From assembly GCA_977017645.1 (NCBI GenBank), contig OZ360232.1, forward strand, positions 15,376,001-15,440,000: 64,000 nt of DNA. Direction: 5' to 3'. How positions within the stretch are numbered: position 1 is the stretch's first letter; each line of letters opens with the position of its first letter. This DNA is from Torpedo marmorata (lineage: Eukaryota). A program made the position numbers and the translations under genes. Under the pieces are notes generated by a model. It had not been told where the DNA came from, did no database searches, and saw nothing but the letters and a program-made list of their open reading frames with translations. Of the stretch, positions 58,770 through 64,000 are shown piece after piece.

Positions 58770-60250
58770 TGTTATGGACCACGACGGACCATTTGGACTG
58801 CGGACGGTCAGCAGGAAGGATGAAGTCTTTTTGAGTACACACTGGGACCAGGTACTGAAAGAGTTAACTTGCCCAGGACTGGCTGTGCTCAGAGAGAGAC
58901 ACACATGGAGAGAGAGAGAGAGAGACAGGCTGTGGAAGGATACTTTGTTTCACTTTTGCAAAAGCAAGTGCAAACCTCTGCAAAAAGCCATTCAGTTTGG
59001 AGTTGCAAAAAGCTGGAGCAACACAGCAAAACCAGAGGCTTATGCATTCCAGTGAAAAAGGCTGGGAGAATAGCACATGGCCTTCTGTATCAGCAAAATC
59101 CTGAGATAAAGCAACTTTCATGGAGAATAGGCGTGAGATCAGCGAGACAGGCTGTGAGATCCAAGTCCACGCTTCAATCAGTGGTATACTGATTTGGAAT
59201 CGCAATCCTCGTGCACCTACCAAAAGGGAAAGTCATCAGGGAAGAAAAGCAGGCCAAGCATTCATAAGCTTAAACAGTCATTGTCTCTCTCTCCAACGTT
59301 CATTAAGAAGTCCTTCATGCCAGCGCACAGAGCTTCAAATTCCTGGGTGTCAACATCTCCGAGGATCTGTCCTGGAGCCTCCACGTTGATGCAATCACAA
59401 AGAAGGCTCGCCAGCGGCTATACTTTGTGAGGTGACTGAGGAGATTCGATATGTCACCGAAGACTCTCGTAAACTTCTACAGGTCTACCGTGGAGAGCAT
59501 TCTGGCTGGTTGCATTACTGCCTGGTATGGAGGCGCCAACTCTCAGGACAAGAATAAACTCCAGAGGGTTGTTAACTCGGCCTGTGACATCACAGGCACC
59601 AGACTTCACTCCATCGAGGACATCTACATGAGGCGGTGTCTTAAAAAAGCAGCCTCTGTCCTCAAAGACCCCACCACCCAGGCCATGCCCTCTTCACTCT
59701 GCTACCATTGGGAAAAAGGTACAGGAGCCTAAAGACGAGCACTCAACGGCACAAGGACAGCTTCTTCCGCGCTGCCATCAGATTCCTGAATAATCAATGA
59801 ACCAAAGACACTGCCTTACTTTCGTGCACTATTATTTATATTTTCTTATAGTAATGTCGTAAGATGGTTATAATATGAATGTTTGCACTTTGATGCTGCC
59901 GCAAAAACACCGAATTTCATGACTTGTTCATGACAATAAATTCTGATTCTGAATTTGGACCCTGAACAGAGAGAGTGATTTTTGTGAACTGTATTTTTGG
60001 GACTGACTTATTTTTATGACTGACCTGGGGTTTTGGGGAAGGTTTTCCATTTTTACATGAGGGTTGGGCACAGACTGTTATGGTCTGGGCTTTACACACA
60101 CACTCTTTAGATAAGAATAGTGTTTATAGACATTTATAGTGGGGTTAATTGTTAAGAAATTATATGTTTAATTGTCTTTAATAAATACAAATTTCAATTT
60201 GACCCCTTTTGCATTGCGTCTTCTGTCGTTGCTGGTTTGAGTTTGTAAGA
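58770..60250 (+). mobile_element. Probable solo LTR inside the Tc1, itself carrying a Rex1-like 3' fragment (~59320-59955)
   Basis: Starts tgttatg, ends tgtaaga; cagt duplicated at 58766-58769 and 60251-60254; Tc1 sequence rejoins across it; orientation tentative. Confidence 0.6.
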
Positions 60251-60816
60251 CAGTATGTTTGGGATCATTGTCTTGCTGCAGGATGAAGCGCCGTCCAATG
60301 AGTTTGGAGGCATTTGCTCAAACTTGAGCAGATAAGATGTTTCTATACACATCAGAATTCAGTTTGCTACTGCCATCAGCAGTTGTATCATCAATGAAGA
60401 TACGTGTGCCAGTAACTGTAGCAGCCATACATGCCCAGGCCATAACATCCCACCACCATGTTTCACAGATGAGGTGGTATGCTTTTGATCTTGGGAAGTT
60501 CCTTTACACCTCCACACTTTGGTCTTGCCATCACTCTGATACAGGTTAATCTTAGTCTCATCTGTCCACAAGACCTTTTTCCAGAATTATGCAGGCTCTT
60601 TTAAATACTTCTTGGCAAACTTTAATCTGGCCATCCTTTCTGAGGCTAACTAGTGGCTTGCATCTTGCAGTGTAGTCTCTGTATTTCTGTTCATGAAGTC
60701 TTCTGTAGACTATAATCATTGACACATCCATACCTGCCCCTGAAGAGTGTTTCTGATCTGTCGGACAGGCGTTTGGGGATTTTTCTTCATTATGATGAGA
60801 ATTCTTCTGTCATCAG

Positions 60817-61150
60817 GCTTTTTCCACTGAGGGTAGGTGAGATACAAACCAGTGGATATGTGTTAAGAGTGAAAGGGGAAAAGTTTAGGGGGAACATGAG
60901 GGGGAACTTCTTCACACAGAGAGTGGTGGGTGTGTGGAACAAGCTGCAAGCTGAAGTGGTGAATACAGGCGCAATTTTAACATTTAAGAATATTTTGGAC
61001 AGGTACATGGATGGAAGAGGTATAAAGGGCTATGGACTGGGTGCAGGTCAGTGGGACTAGGTAAAAAAAAAAAAAAGGTTCAGTATAGACTAGAAGGGCC
61101 GAAGGGGCCTGTTTTTGTGCTGTAATGTTCTAAAGTTCTTCTGTGGTTCT
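60817..61150 (+). mobile_element. CR1 3' fragment inserted in the Tc1
   Basis: FPLRVGEIQT.G..LRVKGEKFRGNMRGNFFTQRVV; (gttct)n tail. Confidence 0.8.
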
Positions 61151-61693
61151 ATCAGCAATGGAGGTTTTCTTTGGCCTATCAGTCACTTTGTGATTACTGA
61201 GCTCACCAGTATGCTCTTTCTTCTTATTGATGCTCCAAACAGTTGATTTTGGTAATCCTAAGGTTTGGGCGATGTCTCTTACTGTTTTATTCTTGTTTTT
61301 CAGCCTCATAATGGCTTCTTTGACTTTCATTGGCACAACTCTGGTCCTCATGTTGAAAAATGGCAACTACAGACTCCAAAGGTGATCAAAAGTTTAGAAG
61401 CAAGCCTTGCTCTCTTATACCTGCACCAATGAAGCAATTAAACATACCTGAGTAATCACAAACATCTGTGAAGCCAAACATTATGGTGCCCTGAAATGGG
61501 GGAACTATGTATAAAAAGTTCTGTAATTTCTACATGGTCAAACCAAAATGTATACAAATAACCTTGAATAAAATTTGGAATGTGCACTTTAATCACATGT
61601 GAATTGCTTGATTACAAATTTAAAACTGTGGAGCACAGAGGCAAATAAAGGGAAAAAAATGTCTTTGTCCCAAACATTACGGAGAACACTGTA

Positions 61694-62600
61694 CATGACA
61701 TCACATACAACCCTAAGATTCTTTTTCCTGCGGGTCAAGCAGAATTTCTACTTATCAGTAATTGTAAACTCTACTCAAGGTAAAAAAGATAGATATACAA
61801 AAGAGATCTGCTCAGAGGTATTGGTGCCCCCATAATGCAGCCAGTCAGCACACTTTCCACTACACATTTGTAATATTTTGCAAAGGTTTTCGATGTCATA
61901 CCAAACCTCCACAAACTCCTGAGGATGCAGAGGCGCCGACATGCTTTCTTCACGATGACATTAGTATTGGGTCTAATGATCGTGCTAGTGACTCCCAGGA
62001 ATTTAAATTTGCTCACCCTCTCCACCTCTAATCCCCCAATGATCACACACCTCTGGGTTTCCCTCCCTACAGTCCACAATCAGCTCCTTGGTTTTGGTGA
62101 CATTGACTGTGAGGCTGTTGTTAGTACACGATTCAGCCAAGTTTTCAATCTCTCTCCAGTATGCTAACTTATCGCCCCTTTTTACACAACCCACTACTGT
62201 GGTATCGTCAACAAATTTGTAAATGGTGTTATCGTACTGAGCCACACAATCATAGGTGTAAAGCGAGTAGAGCAGGGGGCTAAGTACGCAGCCCTGCGGT
62301 GTTACGGTAACGATGGAGATTATGGAGATGTTCTTGTCAATCTTCACTGATTGGGGTCTGGAGGTGAGGAAATCCAGGATCCAATTATACCTGGGTATTA
62401 AGGGCCAGATCTTGGAGTTTGCTGATCAGCTCTGAGGGAATGATGGTGTTGAATACCGAACTATAGTCGCTAAAGATCATCCTGATAGATGTGTCTTTGC
62501 TGTCTAGATGTTCCAGGGCTTTGTGTAGAGCCAGTGAGATGGCATCTGCTGTCGACCTGTTGCTGTAGAAAGCAAATTAGAACGGATCCATGTTGTCGCT
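61694..62600 (-). mobile_element. Rex1-like LINE fragment
   Basis: [28 protein letters not shown]. Confidence 0.78.
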
Positions 62601-62619
62601 CAAACAGGACCAGATAATA

Positions 62620-63900
62620 GACCTGGTCAGGTGCTGAGGGACTGTGCCGGCCAGCTGACTGAGGTCCTTACAGACATCTTCAATATCTCACTCCAGCAGT
62701 CTATTTTCCCCGCAGGTTTCAAGGCAGCGACCATCACCCCAGTGCCCAATAGAGCAACGGTAGCTGGACTAGACAACTGTCCAGTGGCACTGACCTCTAT
62801 GATAATGAAGTGCTTCCAGCGAATGGTAATGGAGTGCATCAAAGCGCTCCTACCAGCGACAATGGACATTCCTGTTTGCCTATCGGCCAAACCAATGAAG
62901 CAATAGCCCTGACCCTTCACTCCGTCCTGACCCACCTACAGAACAATGCCTCATACGTCAGGATGTTGTACGTTGACTTCAGTTTGGCGTTCATCATACC
63001 TCAGAGCCTGGTAGATAAACTGTCCTCGCTGGGACTCAGTACCCCTCTCTGCAACTGGATCCTGGACTTCTTGACTGAAAGACCACAGTCTGTCTGGTTT
63101 GGCAGCAAAACCTCAAGCCCCATCACACTGAGCACTGGCGCACCTCAGGGCTGGGTACTCAGCCCACCTCTGTTCACACTGCTAACTCATGACTGTACTG
63201 CCAGGTTTGGCTCCAACAGAATCATCAAGTTTACAAATGACAACGGTAGTTGGCCTCATTGGCAACAGTGATGAGACGACTTACAGAGAGGAGATTGAAA
63301 GGCTTATACAGTTGTACAAGAACAACAAACTGAGTCTCAACGTGGACAAGACAAAGGAGATGATTGTGGACTTCAGGAGGATGAAGGACCACTCCCCACT
63401 ACATATCAATGGCGCCATCATAGAGAGAGTGGGGAGTACAAAGTCCCTTGGTGTCTACCCTTCCGAAGGAGGTTGAAGAGGGCAAGGCTACCGGCCACCA
63501 TCCTTACAACGTTCTATAGGAGCATAAAAGAGTCCTGGCTGGCTACATCATAGAGTCCTGGCAGTATGGTAGCTGCAAAGCATCACATCAGAGGTCAGTA
63601 CGAGAGTGATTAAAATTGCTGAGAAGATCACCGAGGTCTCTCTTTCCTCTAAAGACAACATCTGCAGGGAGCAGTGCTTAAAGAGGGCTCAGAGAATCAT
63701 TGAGGACCATTACCAACCAGCCCGCAGTATCTTGGAGACACTACCTTCAAAGAAGTGGTACAGGAGCATAAATCCCATGACTGCCAGGCTGGGAAACAGC
63801 TTCTTCTCGCAGGCAGTGAGACTGTTGAACAATTCTAGAAACCTATAAAATATTTTTATCTATATTTATTTTGGATCACTTTGTATATTTGTATATTATA
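62620..63900 (+). mobile_element. Rex1-like LINE fragment
   Basis: [35 protein letters not shown]; frameshifted. Confidence 0.8.
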
Positions 63901-64000
63901 TCTTATGTTGACCTAAAATAGTACCTATACAAGTCAAAAATCTAAACAAGAATCACTTGATGCAATGACTTTCCTATTTCCTTTCCCACTTATTCCTTCA

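Larger units (their letters stand above)
58626..61691 (-). mobile_element. Tc1/mariner transposon fossil with nested insertions
   Basis: HTH (DIAQTLGLPKSTVWSI), WTDETKINL, VKHGGG, WPSQSSDLIPIEH; TIR cagtgttctccgtaatgtttgggac with TA at 61692-61693. Confidence 0.85.

Noticed and set aside
56661-64000. Further upstream RAPGEF6 exons or promoter
   Set aside because: No recognisable RAPGEF6 peptide or CpG-island promoter; upstream exons probably lie beyond the window.

Overview
Vertebrate genomic DNA, very probably from a cartilaginous fish (HE1/V-SINE, SacSINE1-like Deu-SINE, shark/ray-type CR1, Rex1-like and Penelope repeats). The window lies entirely inside a minus-strand RAPGEF6 (PDZ-GEF2) gene. 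Eleven internal coding exons with GT-AG boundaries and compatible phases run from 56660 down to 1265 and cover the cNMP-binding, REM and PDZ regions. The introns are packed with transposons: an apparently intact full-length L1, two 5'-inverted L1 copies, a near full-length CR1, Rex1-like and Penelope fragments, hAT and Tc1/mariner elements, SINEs and a solo LTR. The standout is a non-autonomous Gypsy-type LTR retrotransposon (42127-50947) with ~215-bp LTRs, a tRNA-Leu-type PBS, a PPT and an ATAGT target-site duplication. Its pol region is replaced by intron-less fragments of at least three unrelated host mRNAs (CCT6A, PPFIA2/liprin-alpha2, TPR, plus possibly a type-III intermediate-filament micro-fragment), partly fused in frame to gag. 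A hAT MITE and the full-length L1 later inserted into it. Gene identities come from my recall of vertebrate protein sequences, not from database searches, and boundaries of degenerate repeats are approximate.
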